Both the position numbers and the translations under genes were made by a program. The notes beneath the pieces were generated by a model. The model saw only the letters and a program-made list of their open reading frames with translations. It ran no database searches and was not told the origin of the DNA. Positions 1-13,182 of a stretch of 64,000 nucleotides of DNA are shown piece by piece. Source of the DNA: Octopus vulgaris (taxonomy: Eukaryota); the NCBI GenBank assembly GCA_951406725.2, contig OX597815.1, forward strand, positions 38,440,001 to 38,504,000, given 5' to 3'. Each line of letters starts with the position of its first letter. Position 1 is the stretch's first letter.

Positions 1-480
1 CTCTACCGCTCCTCTTTCTTTTTCTTTCCACTAGTGTGAATTCTTCTACCGCTGTTGTCTCATTATTCTCACCTGTTAGTGCCTGTTCGACCTATTCTGT
101 AGTCTCTCTCTGTTCTTTTCGTGGGCATCTCGCCTTCGTGTGTTCTTTTTCGCCACATTCGTAACACATTTCGCCAAATTCTTAGTCTTCTTCCTAACGT
201 TGCTCATTTGTTCCTCTGGTGGCGTCAACCTTATCTTTCCGCCTTCCTTTTTCAGCAGCTTCTCACTAGCCGTCATCTTCCTGGGCTCTACCTTTATTTC
301 AAAGGTCTCTAATGCTTCCTTCGCTGCTCCTCTTCCAGGTGCAGCTGCATAGCTGTAGCTGCCCTCTGGCGCCTTCTCCATTTTCCTCAACGGGAAAGTT
401 TAACAACACAAAAATTAACGGTATAACAAACGATATTAACAACGGTTTTAACAACAGTAGTAATCAACAATAAATTCTAC
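1..480 (-). mobile_element. Probable 5' end / ORF1 fragment of a non-LTR retrotransposon, running off the window edge
   Basis: Minus ORF from ATG at 381 (MEKAPEGSYSYAAAPGRG...) is K/R/E-rich and has a SYAAA motif common near LINE ORF1 N-termini; no catalytic motif visible. Confidence 0.35.
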
Positions 481-1092
481 TCACAAATAAAATTCAACTT
501 CAATAACTCAACTTATTAAATAAAATTACAGACATTTTAGTATGTTGTAAGCATAAATATTCAGCGTCTTATAATTTTCTTAAACTTTAAAATTTAATTT
601 TTTAGAATATAAAATTTTATAGCTTTTTGAAAATACGATCCAATTAGATCATTAGATCCAATGAACACTTATGCACAAACCTGTAATCTTAAATTCTTTT
701 TTTATAGTAGTATATATCAGTACAAATGGAATATTCCCATTGGCTATTATTTGCATGATTAACTAAAGTTAACCTTTCAATGATTTTCATTTCTTATTTA
801 AACGTGGTAATCCTCTTGAAAAACTTTATGACATGATATAATGCTGTCACTTATTCATCGATACTCAAAAACTGAACTTTCACCAACTGAATACTCACCA
901 TGTAGTGCCTTACTGCTTTTTGTTGGATTTTACCTCGAGAAAGAAACCCTGAGGATGGAGGGCTGAATTTCGAATACTTCGTACAACCACTTTTCTGAAA
1001 CGGCTGCAGGTTAGGAAAAAATTTTAATCGCCTCTTTTAATTTATGTTTTTATGTTTCATGTTTATATTTGTATTTCATTGCTATGTTTATA

Positions 1093-1369
1093 TTGGGTTG
1101 TCCGGAAAGTTCGTTCCAATTTTTAAAGGAATGTAAAAGGTCACTAAATACTTGCCATTACATTTTTAATTAACCAAATCTGAACCATTTCGTTGCACAA
1201 TACGTCTCCATCTTTCCTTTGCCTTGAAAATACCCTCTTCCCAGAATTGGGATGGTTTCAAGGCAAAGAATTCAAGGTATCTTTTTACGTCATCTAAGGA
1301 ATTGAAATTTTCACCATTAAGACTATTCTGCAGAGACCTGAATAAGTGGAAATCCGAAGGAGCAACCTT
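1093..1369 (-). mobile_element. Mariner transposon 3' remnant (C-terminal transposase plus one ITR)
   Basis: APSDFHLFRSLQNSL...FWEEGIFK..ERWRRIV..NG is the mariner C-terminus; TA|TTGGGTTGTCCGGAAAGTTCG mariner-like ITR at 1093; truncated at 1369 where the next element begins. Confidence 0.85.
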
Positions 1370-2662
1370 AGGGTGTCCACGAAGTCTGGGTACACGGAAT
1401 AAAATCATAACATAAACAAATAAATATAAGAAATAATAATTTTCCGATTTTACTTTTGTTTAAATTAAATTTAAAAAATACTTTACTTTTCTAAATTTAT
1501 TTGTTAATTTTTCTACAGATGATCGAATGATGGCTCAGTCTAAAGAAGAAAGAATCGAGATAGTATTATTAGGTGGACGAGAAGGATGGTCTTATCGCAA
1601 AATTGCGGAAGAATTTAATCTTCGACACACTTATAGGCAACCTATTTATTTTACTGCCGTCGGGAAATTGATCAAGAAATTTAAAGAAACAGGCAGTGTT
1701 TTGGATAAACCCCGTTCCGGGCGACCAAAGACTTCAGATGAAACGAAAGAGGCTGTCATGGCTAAAGTTTCTGCTAGCCCAAAGAAATCACTTCGTCGAA
1801 CATCCACAGTGTTAGGTGTTCCAAAACCAACCATCCACAGAATGCTGGTTGAGGAAAAGTTTCATCGATACAACCTACAGATATTGCATCACTTAAATGA
1901 AGACGACCCTGATAGACGAATGTAGACTTGCGAATGGTTTTCAAATAAATTAGGTGAAAATATCAATTTTACGAAAGACTTTGTGTTGTTCAGTGACAAA
2001 GCTACCTTTTATGTAAATGGTGAGATAAACAGACAGAATCTTCTTTACTGGTCTCGAGGTAATCCACATTGGATGGATCCATCCAAACAGCAAGGCAGCA
2101 AAAAGGTGATGGTGTGGTGTGGTTTGTGGAAAGCTCATGTTCTAGGACCCTTCTTCAGTGAACATGTAACGGATGAGACTTATGTAAACATATTGAGAGA
2201 CAAATTAATATCTCAAATTGAGTGCCTAGGCGAGGGCCTTCCGAACTGGTTTCAGCAGGATGGGGCCCCTACCCATTTTGCCACAACTGTTAGAGATTGG
2301 CTTAATGACACTTTTCCTCACTGGATTGGAAGAAGGGGTCATATGGAATGGTCTCTTCGTTCACCAGACCTTTCTCCCCTTTATTTCTTTTTCTGGGGTA
2401 TGTCGAAAGAGAAAGTTTACTCAATAAAGATTACAGATTTAAAACACATGAGAACGCATTACCAGTCAGTGTACTGAAATTGACGGCAATGTAGACTTAT
2501 TTAATCAAGTTCAACTGAATTTTGCCAGGCGCATCAAGTTATGCATTGAAAATGATGGAAATCACTTTGAAAATATTATTTATCAACATTATAATTAAAT
2601 AAAATTGTTTTGTTTTAAAAGTATATGTGTGTTAATCCCCATGTACGCAGAGTGGACACCCT
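1370..2662 (+). mobile_element. Tc1/mariner-superfamily transposon, rosa-like (DD40-41D), full length but defective
   Basis: Imperfect TIRs AGGGTGTCCAC(gaag)TCTGGGTACACGG (1370-) and CCATGTACGCAGAGTGGACACCCT (-2662) enclose a transposase. Confidence 0.9.
1527..2598 (+). pseudogene. rosa-like transposase pseudogene
   Basis: HTH region, KFKETGSV.DKPRSGRP, LFSD, FQQDGAP, WIGRRG..W..RSPDLSPL(Y)FFFWG; 40 residues between the second D and the third catalytic position (here Y); stop at 1923-1925 and a frameshift near 2450. Confidence 0.9.
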
Positions 2663-2758
2663 CTCTTATTTTGTAAAACAACATTGAATTAGTTTAAACG
2701 TACACAAATGCATAAAAGTAATTTTTAATTGAATTAGACATTTGAAAATATATGTATA

Positions 2759-2802
<44 letters not shown>

Positions 2803-2803
<1 letters not shown>

Positions 2804-3321
2804 CTGTATATATAAAACTCTAGTTGTGTGAGTGTCTGTCCCCTTCGATTTAGATTCCTAACTCCTCCCACATTTTGCGGTGCAGTTTAACCAAATTCGG
2901 GTATCTTATAGTCGTGATTAATATCGAGCCCGTCTGGCTATTAGCGCGCGTCTACGATGAGTCTACGATTTTAAAAATAATTTAACATCATTTTTTATCC
3001 CATTTTAATGCATCATTTTTCGTGTGTCGATGACGGCGGAGTTGGCGTCCACGCTCAAACACATGCACCTGTGTTTGCTTCTCCCCCCCTTCTTCCCTCC
3101 CCCGTGAAGCTGTGGAGAAGGCAGTGTAAGGAAATCAACGTCGTAATGCGTTGTCAAGGAGACCAGCGTTCTTTTAGAACAACGACTTCATGGCTTGAAG
3201 ACACCAAAACAGAAATGGCTAAGAAAGCCCGAATTGGCATCTATAAGGGAAGTAAGTCTCTAAAAATGCTTATATAGTTATTTCCCTTACAAACCCGAGC
3301 AACGCCGGGCGATACTGCTAG
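2803..3321 (+). mobile_element. Non-autonomous Helitron
   Basis: 5' A|TC(TGTATATATAAAA), 3' hairpin CCCGAGCAACGCCGGG (3294-3309) then CTAG|T at 3318-3321; inserted in (TA)n, no TSD. Confidence 0.85.
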
Positions 3322-3423
<102 letters not shown>

Positions 3424-4677
3424 GGATTAACAAAAGAAACTGTTACGGACAAATAAGAGGAAACCACACCACTCAATCATATTTCAGATCAGAAATAATT
3501 AAACTAAGAGAACACGTCACCTCAAACCACAATGAAATAATAGAAATCGCAAGAACAAAATAGCCGACATACAAAATGACAAAGTAAACGAAATGTTTTT
3601 GTTGTGAACGCAACTGTTCACAACAAAAATATATTATTCAATACGAAACACGAGCCACAAGTAGTCACTCGAACTCCAAAAAATTGCTACCAAAATTCCC
3701 TCAAACTGTAGATTTTTGTCTTAGGGTGATAAGTGATATGTTGTATAATTATAATTCAACGTTCCTGATAAAATAGATGGGATGATCGTAGCATAATCAA
3801 CTTTGATCATTGCCTTTGCTCGATCAGAGCCAGTTCGATCCGAAACTGTAATAAGCATAAAAGTAGTATATATCATATCAGGATAAAAAAAATGTCAATA
3901 TTTTAGAAAAGAATGATCAAAATAATAGTAGTCGAACGTAACAAACTTTTTTCTACTTGGATGATCTGAGTCTTCCCTCTGTTTCACTTTTTCAGAATTT
4001 ATAGATATGTGCAATCATTCCCTTTATAAAATTCTGCCAATTGAAATAAGACAGAACATCAAAGCGTTAAATCGCTGAATTTCCTTAATAGCCATGGTAG
4101 TAGTCCGTTACATTGGGTTTCTTGTGAATAGGATGCGTATATTTTGAAGGGGTCTTTATGTAGGCATTCAATATGCAAGAAATATCAATCAAATATTCCT
4201 AAAATTATATTTTACAGTCTTAAAAGGGGGATGAACATACATTAAACTAATCACACAGACACGCACATACATACACATATATGCACACACACATACATAC
4301 ACACACGTACACACAAATACACACACACACGTGTATGTGTGTGTATAAGCAAAGTAGCTAGCTGTAGAGAGATAGCTAGTTGCAGAGAGATAGCCAGGGT
4401 CGATTCTAGTCAGCAACATATTGTAAACAAAGCGACCACCCGTCACTGATTTGCAACAAGCAAATTAGCTGGTTGTAAACTCGCAAGAAGAGATCAGAGT
4501 AGTAACTATACTAACAAGTAAAGTTAATCGCCACATCAATGTGGCTGTTCCATATTACTATCATCGGTCACCTGAGATTTTACAACTTGTTGCAAATCCT
4601 TGACCGATGGTCGACGGATGCTGGCTGAAGCGGACTCTGGTTATCTCTTTGGTGACCAGGTATTCGTGACTGGAGAA

Positions 4678-4907
4678 GGCGGTGAGCTGGCAGAAACGTT
4701 AGCACGCCGGGCGAAATGCTTACCGGTATTTCGTCTGCCGCTACGTTCTGAGTTCAAATTCCACCGAGGTCGACTTTGCCTTTCATCCTTTCGGGGTCGA
4801 TAAATTAAGTACCAGTTACGCACTGGGGTCGATGTAATCGACTTAATCCATTTGTCTGTCCTTGTTTGTCCCCTCTGTGTTTGGCCCCTTGTGGGTAGTA
4901 CAGAAAT
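4678..4907 (+). mobile_element. tRNA-derived SINE (octopus OR/OK-like), full length with TSD
   Basis: Head GGCGGTGAGCTGGCAGAAACGTTAGC, B-box-like GAGTTCAAATTCC, body GCCTTTCATCCTTTCGGGGTCGATAAA; perfect 19-bp TSD AGGTATTCGTGACTGGAGA at 4658-4676 and 4908-4926. Confidence 0.9.
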
Positions 4908-4917
4908 AGGTATTCGT

Positions 4918-4956
4918 GACTGGAGATGAGCCAACCAGCTCGAAACTGAGTCAGTC
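4918..4956 (+). ncRNA. Degenerate hammerhead-like motif (Penelope-type)
   Basis: GA-CTGGAGA-T-GAGC caacca GCTC-GAAAC tga GTC-AGTC; the core deviates from CTGANGA. Confidence 0.4.
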
Positions 4957-5099
4957 TCGCGAACCTGTTGTCTGCTAGAGGATGGTTGGGGTTCACTCCC
5001 CCTACTAGCAATATATATGTTCGTACAAAGTGCAGCACCGTACTGATAACCGACTGGCGAGAAAAGCCACTTTGATGTGGCAATTATCTTTACTTATAT

Positions 5100-5490
5100 C
5101 GGACGTTGTTATTTTGCCTTTCTCTCTCTTTTTCTTCTTTTTGTCTTCTTTTCTGTTCTTCTCTTTTTCTCTTCTTTTCTGGCTTTTTTTCTTCTCTTCA
5201 CGATTTTTGAATTTTTAAAAACTTTTATATTTCGTAAGTCATTACTTTGCCTTTTTCTCTCCTTTTCTTTTATTTTTCTGGGGTTTTTTTTTTCTCCTTT
5301 AACAAGCATGCCCGATTACAAATCTAAACCCAACCAGTCGCCATACTTCATCGTTAAATTCACAAGTTCTTTGAAATTCCCTCTCTGTTTATTTTCTCCT
5401 ATTCCATTCTGCTGAAGAGCGTAGGCTCAAAACGCAAAAGACTTTCTCACTTTCCCGTGCGTCAAACAAATACACCTACTTTTTGTTTTT
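5100..5490 (+). mobile_element. Penelope-like pseudo-LTR fragment with degenerate hammerhead motif
   Basis: Pyrimidine-rich tract then CTGCTGA-A-GAGC gtag GCTC-aAAACGC at ~5408-5435; same stem II (GAGC GTAG GCTC) recurs at 56535-56570. Confidence 0.5.
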
Positions 5491-5774
5491 CTGTAAATGT
5501 TAACTATGAAATAGTTTTGAAGACGAAAATTTTATAGATGAAATCAATTCTGAATTTATAATACAAAAAATAATAATAATTATTATTTTTGTTGCTGTTG
5601 TTGTTATTATTTTTTTTTTCTTCCTTCAAATTTGCTTCCATTTCTTGCCGAGTGTCTTCCCGACTCCTAGGGCAAAGAAACTCATAGTATACATTGGTGG
5701 GCCATTAAACTAAACTCAATAGTTCGTTCATTTTTTTTTAAAGTTAAATTAAAATACATGGGTAGTAATAGTTC

Positions 5775-8700
5775 TCACAGCAACAATGCTCTTCTCAATA
5801 CGTGTGATGTACCAGTTAAGACAATCTTTTGCACTTCTTGCAGGGATGGAAAGCCAGGGATCATTCTCATATAATTTTCGGTTCCCTTCTTGATCATTCC
5901 TAATGCTCCTACGATCACTGGTATTGTAACCGCCTTGAGATGCAACATTTTCTCAATTTCAATGAGCAGGTCTTTATATTTTCTGAGCTTGTCAAACTCT
6001 TTCGCCGAGATATTATGATCACAGGGGATGCTCATGTCGATCAATAAGCAACCTTTATTGTTTTGGTCTTTCACAACAATATCTGGTTTATTGGCTTCGA
6101 TGGTTCGGTCTGTATGTACTGGAAAGTCCCACAGAATCATTACATTTTCTCCTTCAGTTACAGCTTCAGGGTGGTGATTATACCACTTGTCGGCAGTTTT
6201 GATATTGTAATGCCGACTTATTAGCCAGTGGAGATATTGGCCAACTCTGTCATGTCTTAATTTATACCCCACTGGTGCTAAGACTTTGCATCCAGAGATT
6301 AGGTGGTCCCCTGTTTCAATCATGTCGTTGCAGAATCGGCATTTTGGGTCTGCTCCATTTTTCATCACATTGGCCTGGTAGTTCCAGGTTAATAGGCTTT
6401 GATCTTGAGCAGCCATGATGAAACCTTCGCTCTCTGCTTTTAGCCCTGAGCTCCGTAGCCACTGGTGGGTTTGCTTCTGGTCAAGATCAGCTTGTTTGCT
6501 GCGGGCCACATATTTGCCGTGCAGAGGTTTCTCCTCCCACCTATCAGCCAATTGCTCATGCGCTTTTTTCGTTGCCATTATTTTCACCTTCTTTGCAACA
6601 ATAGTTGCCGTACTTCCCTCGGGTTGTTCAGTTTGGGTATCCTGCACGAGATCAATAGCAAATTTTTTGCTTTCCTTTATGATAGGATGAAGCTTTTTCG
6701 TCTCTCGTGATTTTCCACGAGCTTTAGCATCCAGTCATTCGTTATTTCGAGATATTTGGCCAGTCCAATTGTGGTTGTTTTGTAAGCTAGTTCAAATTGG
6801 ATCAGGCCTCGACCTCCTTGGGCTCTGGGAAGGTAAAGACGATCTACGTCTGCCTTTGGGTGGTGCATCCTATTACAACTCAGCAGCTTGCGTATATTCC
6901 TGTCTATATTCTTTACTTCACTCATATTCCAGTTTAACACATTGTAGCTGTAAGTAACAACTGGAACTGCTAAGGAATTTATATCTAACACCTTGTTACG
7001 TGCATTTAGTTCAGATTTCAGGACTGCACGAACTCTCCTATAACATTCCTTCCTAATCTTCTCTTTCATGCTTGCCTTCATTTATCCCTAAATATTTGTA
7101 TGTTTGTTCTTGCTCAAGCTCTCTTATGACTGTATCAACATCTAACACGACTGAATTTGTGGTCTTCACTTTCCCTTTCTGGAAAGTGGCCTTGGCACAC
7201 TTCTCAAACCCAAACTCCATCCCGATCTCATCGCTGAATGCTTTCACAGTGCGCAATAGGCCTTCAAGTTCATTATCGTCTTTACCATAGAGTTTTAAGT
7301 CATCCATATAAAATAGATGGCTTTTTTTATTGGCAATTTTATACCCATACCCTGTTCTGTTTAATTCACTTGTAAGGGGTATTAGGGCTATGCAGAATAT
7401 TAAAGGTGAAAGTGAGTCCCGTTGAAACATTTCACAGTTGATGTTTATATTTTCTGAAGCAAGTACTCCATTAGAGTGGTATAATTGGAGATTCGTATTC
7501 ACAACAACATATTGTGCTTCAGGAAGCTTGATATCACAGGGGAAATTTTGAAGATGTCCAGCGATCTCAAGATCCATGGATGCGGTATACTGTCGAAGGC
7601 CTTTTTATAGTCAATCCATGCGGAGCTGAGATTTCTGCGCTTGTTGTGACAGTTCTCAAGGATCATACGATTAATTAGCAGTTGATCTTTGCATCCGTAT
7701 GAGCCTCGGTAGCACCCTTTTTGTTCAATGGGGAAAATATCGTTCTTTTCCATGAATGCATATGTTTTCTCCGCCAGGATAGATGTTAGGATTTTATACG
7801 TGGTGGATAGACAGGTTATAGGCCGATAGTCTTTTGGAAGGTTGGTTTCGTTATTCTTTGGGAATAGGTAAGTAATACCACTTGCTAACCATTCAGGTGT
7901 TATCTTTGGGTCTCTCATTGAGCACCTGAACTAGCTTACCGTGTGCGCATGGGAGCGATGCGAGCCAGAAATTCGGCAGCCTATCTTTACCGGGGGATTT
8001 CCAATTATGGGCCTTCGTGAGTGCCTTTCTAAGGTCTGATATTGTAATGTCTTCCCATGCTTGTTGTTGTAAATTTTGGTAGGATCCCTCAGTTTGTATA
8101 ATCCAGTCAGCATTTATGTTGTACATCTTCTTGTTACTCCAAATCCTTTTCCAAAAGTTTTGAACTTCTTCCATGGGAGGGGGGGTCTTTAACGGTTACT
8201 TTCTCCTTCCCTATTTCTCTGTAGAATTTTTTGGCATTGGATGTGAACAGCTTATTTTGCTTGTAAAACTTGTTTCTCTTCTCAAATCTTCGTATTCTTT
8301 GGGCTTTTGCTTGGACTTTTTGTTTCAGCGTTTCTTTTATTGATATCAGTTCTTCTCTTGGTGAGGATTCAAATTTTCTCTACATCGTTCTTCCTGTTCT
8401 GGATCTTACATCATTTCCACATATTAGTTCATTTAATATTGATATTTCCCCTCTCATAAATTCAATCTCTTTTTCAATTTTACTTCTCCAGGTTTGGTTT
8501 CTTCCCAGGTTTGGTTTTCTTTGTTTTTTCGGGGGCATACAGCTGGTTTCAATTGCCCTAGCAGAAGCCTAAATAATTTCATTTAACTCAGTAAAATCAG
8601 GTTTTAATTCTTGTATTATTTCATTTGTTACATAGTTGCCAATTTGGATTTGTTTTTTATTTTGCTTTGTATTTGAGAGTTTATGAAGTGGTTCTCTATC

Positions 8701-9430
8701 ATTCATACTTGTATGTCTTACAACTTCAAGCGTATTCAGGATTTTCTGCCTCATTTCTGCCATAGACTGTCTGTGTTCTTCAGCAAATGCGAGATCTTCA
8801 GTTACTGTCGTTTTATCATTTTCTTGGCTATCTTTAACATGTTCAATAGAATTTCTTGTATCTTCAGGCCTTTGCGTACTTTGGTCAGATGGCAGTCTTT
8901 CAATTAAGCCTCGTGGCGGGCTATACTGTTCATCTGATTCTTCATTTCCTTCATGTCTTATATTTATGTCATTTTCCGTTGCGTGCTTGATCACTGTCTG
9001 TGAGTCTGTTATTTCTAAGGATATCCCTCCTCACATTTGCCAATTTGTTTTCGTCCAAATAGGGCCTACTGTCTTGGTTCCGTGTTCTCCATATACTGTA
9101 AGAGTTTGCGGTGTGTCTCTCTTGAGGTGGCCTACCTAATGCATAGTAATAAACGTATATTACTTCTTTATACTCTTCTCGGGCCCATTTGTTCCGCTTA
9201 CATTTTTCTTTCTGTGGTGCTTGTGGTGGTGAACTTGGAGGGCTCGAGTTGGGGAATTTCCCGTTCAAGTGACCATCCATGTCCGTATTCGGAGAAGAGT
9301 TTGTGCCAGTTGATGACTTTTCGATCCCAGGCTGGCTCTTTCCTGGGGGAACGCGCTTCCAGATTAACCATAGGACAAGCGATTTGGTATACTGATTTAG
9401 TTTTCCTTTTAGTGCTACGATAATATTATC
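5775..9430 (-). pseudogene. Frameshifted RT-RLE polyprotein of the Dong-like element
   Basis: N-term KRNKW.REEYKEVI..YY; RT motifs YRPITCL, EQKGC..GSYGCKDQLLIN, WIDYKKAFDSIPH, FQRDSLSPL, HLFYMDDLKLY, YKYLG; zinc knuckle CRFC...DHLISGC; RHD; endonuclease KPDIVV...LLIDMSIP...K..KY; multiple frameshifts. Confidence 0.95.
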
Positions 9431-10035
9431 ATTTTTGAGCTTTGGTTGGCTCGTGGGGAGATGGCCATCATTGCCGTTACAATTATAATCGTACCATTAT
9501 AGCAGCCGTAGTCGGCTTATTATTGTTATTATCATCACCATTATTATCACTATTATCATTATCGCCACTATTACTATCAACATTATCATCATCACCATCA
9601 CCATTTATTATCATCATCATCATCAATGATATTGTTTTATGTGTAGTCACAGCAGTATCTTATTATTGTTATTTTTGTTTTTTATCATTATCACCATCAC
9701 AGTAGCGTCTGTCTGTCTCGTTGGCTGGCTGGGTGGTTGGCTGGCTGGCTGTCTTCAACGCCAGAATTCTTGCCTGTCAAATAATACTTTCATATTTGGT
9801 TAACATCTAAAGAGCCGAGGTGTGGTTTGTGTTGGCTGAACTCTGTGAGTGTGTGTGTGTGTGTAGATAGATAGATAGATTATCAGCACTATTACTATCA
9901 TTATTATCATCATCACCATCATCACCATCACCATCATCACCATCACCATCAGTGATGTTTATTTATTTATTTTTTTTATCGGTCAAAAAAAGTTCAAATG
10001 TCTGCTACTGCTAGCCTTAAGAAAAATTAAGGAAA

Positions 10036-10935
10036 GGCTGTTCAGTATTGTTCGTGAATAGAGAAGTTGTGTTCGACCAGAGAGAATCTTAGCATCATTA
10101 TTTCTTTTTCCCCATGTGCGTTTGTGTTATTGCAATAAAAACTGTTTGTATATTTCGTGTAAGGTAATATTGTGGAGGATGAAGTTGACTTTTCTAGAGA
10201 TGTTTGTATGTCCAGTAAGGAGAACAGGTGTGTTTTTGCAATAAAAAGTATATGCTTATATTTATATTTGAATATTCAGGGAGGAAGCAAAGAAAATTCA
10301 TATTTTCATAGAAAGATTTAAGGTTTTGTAAGTCCACAAAAAGAAAAGCGTGATGTTTTTAGATAGAAGAAAAGAAAGGATGTTTACTGAGGCAATTGTG
10401 GGTATTAAAGTTTTTAAAGCTGAACGAATGTATGTTTGAAAACTGTAGATATGTAAATTTGTAAATTTCTTAAATTATTTTGAAGGGCTATTCTGTATTA
10501 TTTGTGAATAGAGAAGTTGTGTTCGACCAGAGAGAATCTTAGCATCATTATTTTTTTTTCCCCATGTGCGTTTGTGTTATTGCAATAAAAACTGTTTGTA
10601 TATTTCGTGTAAGGTAATATTGTGGAGGTTGAAGTTGACTTTTCTAGAGATGTTTGTATGTCCACTTAGAAGAACAGGTGTATTTTTGCAATAAAAAGTA
10701 TATGATTAGATTTATATTTGAATATTCAGGGAGGAAGCAAAGAAAAGTCATATTTTCATAGAAGGTTTTAAGGTTTTTTAAGTCCACAAAAAGAAAAGCG
10801 TGATGTTTTTAGAGAGAAGAAAAAAAAGGATGTTTACAGAGGCAATTGTGGGTATTAAAGTTTTTAAAGCTGATCGGATGTATGTTTGAAAACTGTAGAT
10901 ATGTAAATTTGTAAATTTCTTAACTTATTTTGAAG
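10036..10935. repeat. Tandem duplication, 2 x 450 bp
   Basis: GTGAATAGAGAAGTTGTGTTCGACCAG at 10054 and 10504; copies are colinear with scattered substitutions. Confidence 0.95.
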
Positions 10936-11100
10936 AGAATTTTAAATACTCACAAGATATTGTAGATGTTCCAGTCTTTGAGAGTTATTTTTCCCCGTTG
11001 CTAAACTGGGTCATATTAGTGTTTCTATGGCATTCGGCTACTGAATTGTCGGAGCAGTGAGGAATACGTCCAGCCGCTGTCAAGCCTGGTGCTCCTCTCT

Positions 11101-11590
<490 letters not shown>

Positions 11591-11592
11591 GT

Positions 11593-11602
11593 ATTATTAT
11601 TA

Positions 11603-11694
<92 letters not shown>

Positions 11695-11707
11695 AATGAT
11701 AATAATG

Positions 11708-11753
<46 letters not shown>

Positions 11754-11773
11754 TAATAATAATGATGATAATA
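11593..11773. repeat. (TTA)n followed head-to-head by (AAT)n
   Basis: Direct reading; polarity switches at ~11691, making a quasi-palindrome. Confidence 0.95.
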
Positions 11774-11869
11774 AACGAAAATACAAACTTTATCACTTTT
11801 ATGAAGGGAAATATATTATATTACATATGTTGAAGGTGGAACTCTTTTGACAAACGTATTTAGCCTATC

Positions 11870-12300
11870 TTGATAAAGACGTTTATGCCTTTCCTCTGAG
11901 GATTGGCGAAGTCTTGCAGCAACTGTTTGCTCATGGTTTTTTTCCTCTTTGTCTTATCTCTCGTTGACCTATTGTCTCATTGGCAACTCTGGCAGCTTGT
12001 CTTTGTCTTGCATTCTTTAAACGTTTTTCTCTTTCCTTTTTTGACTCTTGCTCTTACGGATTGCATTTTGTTGACGTAATTGTTCTAACCGTTTTTCCCG
12101 TGCCTCTTGTGATTCATTGGCCCTGCGTGCAGCAGATCTCCTTCGGTCTGATTACAAACACATGTCTTTGCTATCGTTGTGCTGCGGCTTCTAATGACCT
12201 TACTCTGGCTACCTGTACCCGTCTTTGCTTCACTGTAGAATACTGATCATCTACATCTACCCCATCTCCTCTTGTAGAGAGTGAGAACAGTTTTCTCGGG
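11870..12300 (-). mobile_element. Possible decayed Helitron N-terminal coding remnant
   Basis: Minus translation EQESKKEREKRLKNARQRQAARVANETIGQREIRQ resembles the ET..QR..RL repeats of animal Helitron RepHel N-termini; stops present. Confidence 0.35.
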
Positions 12301-12542
12301 AACTTTTCTTGCTAATTAAAATGGGGATTATTAAAAGGAAAAATGAAAGTTACGTGAATATCTTCACAAGCGTGACTGAAATAAATGGCGATTGTGGAAC
12401 GCTGCACCTACGTAGGCACACACACACACACACATACATACTGTATCAAACATCAGCGTCTCTTTCTCTCCTGCTTTCGCCCTCACTTTGTGCCGGCTTA
12501 CATTTACCATAACCTGTAAAACATACATACAGTATCAAACAT

Positions 12543-12597
<55 letters not shown>

Positions 12598-12777
12598 TCT
12601 CTCTCTCTCTCTCTCTCCCGCTATCATTCTTTCTTTCAACTTCTCCCATAGAAACTTGTTTTCTCTCTTTGTTTCTTTCTCTCTTCACTGTCTTTTTCTC
12701 ATTCTGTGTTACACTCTCTCACACATATTCTCACCCACCCTCTGTAATAGTTCCTCTTTTGTAGTCTGTTTCTTTCA

Positions 12778-12825
<48 letters not shown>

Positions 12826-13006
12826 AACCCACTCACACACTTACACTAGTTACATTTTTCCCTCTATCGAAAAATGTTTTGACGAATGAAGAGATGGAGG
12901 AGAAGTAAAGAACCACTTCCTCACTTTGTTTCTCTTTTTCTTTCTCCTCCCTCTCACTCCCTCATTGGCATTATGTACACACATATAAATACACAGACAT
13001 CTGCTA

Positions 13007-13038
<32 letters not shown>

Positions 13039-13182
13039 ATTTTTACAACCTGCTGTTCATAAACCATAAACCGAATTCACAGAATCAACGAGGATAGGAT
13101 GAATTTGAAAAACACCACACCATGAATTGTTTATAAAATATTAATAGTCAACATAAAACAGCTTACATACAATCAAACATAT

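Larger units (their letters stand above)
5610..11100 (-). mobile_element. R4/Dong-clade non-LTR retrotransposon (RT plus restriction-like endonuclease), probably full length
   Basis: Single long disrupted ORF; A-rich 3' tail running into degenerate (TAA)n at ~5570-5610; unique sequence continues upstream to the (AAG)n(AAT)n tract at 11100. Including 9430-11100 as 5' UTR is inference. Confidence 0.8.

Noticed and set aside
930-985. CTGAGGA...GAATAC hammerhead-like motif
   Set aside because: GAAA is broken and stems I and III are unsupported; too decayed to call
5775-6647. 290-aa ORF as a standalone nuclease gene
   Set aside because: It is the C-terminal piece of the frameshifted Dong polyprotein
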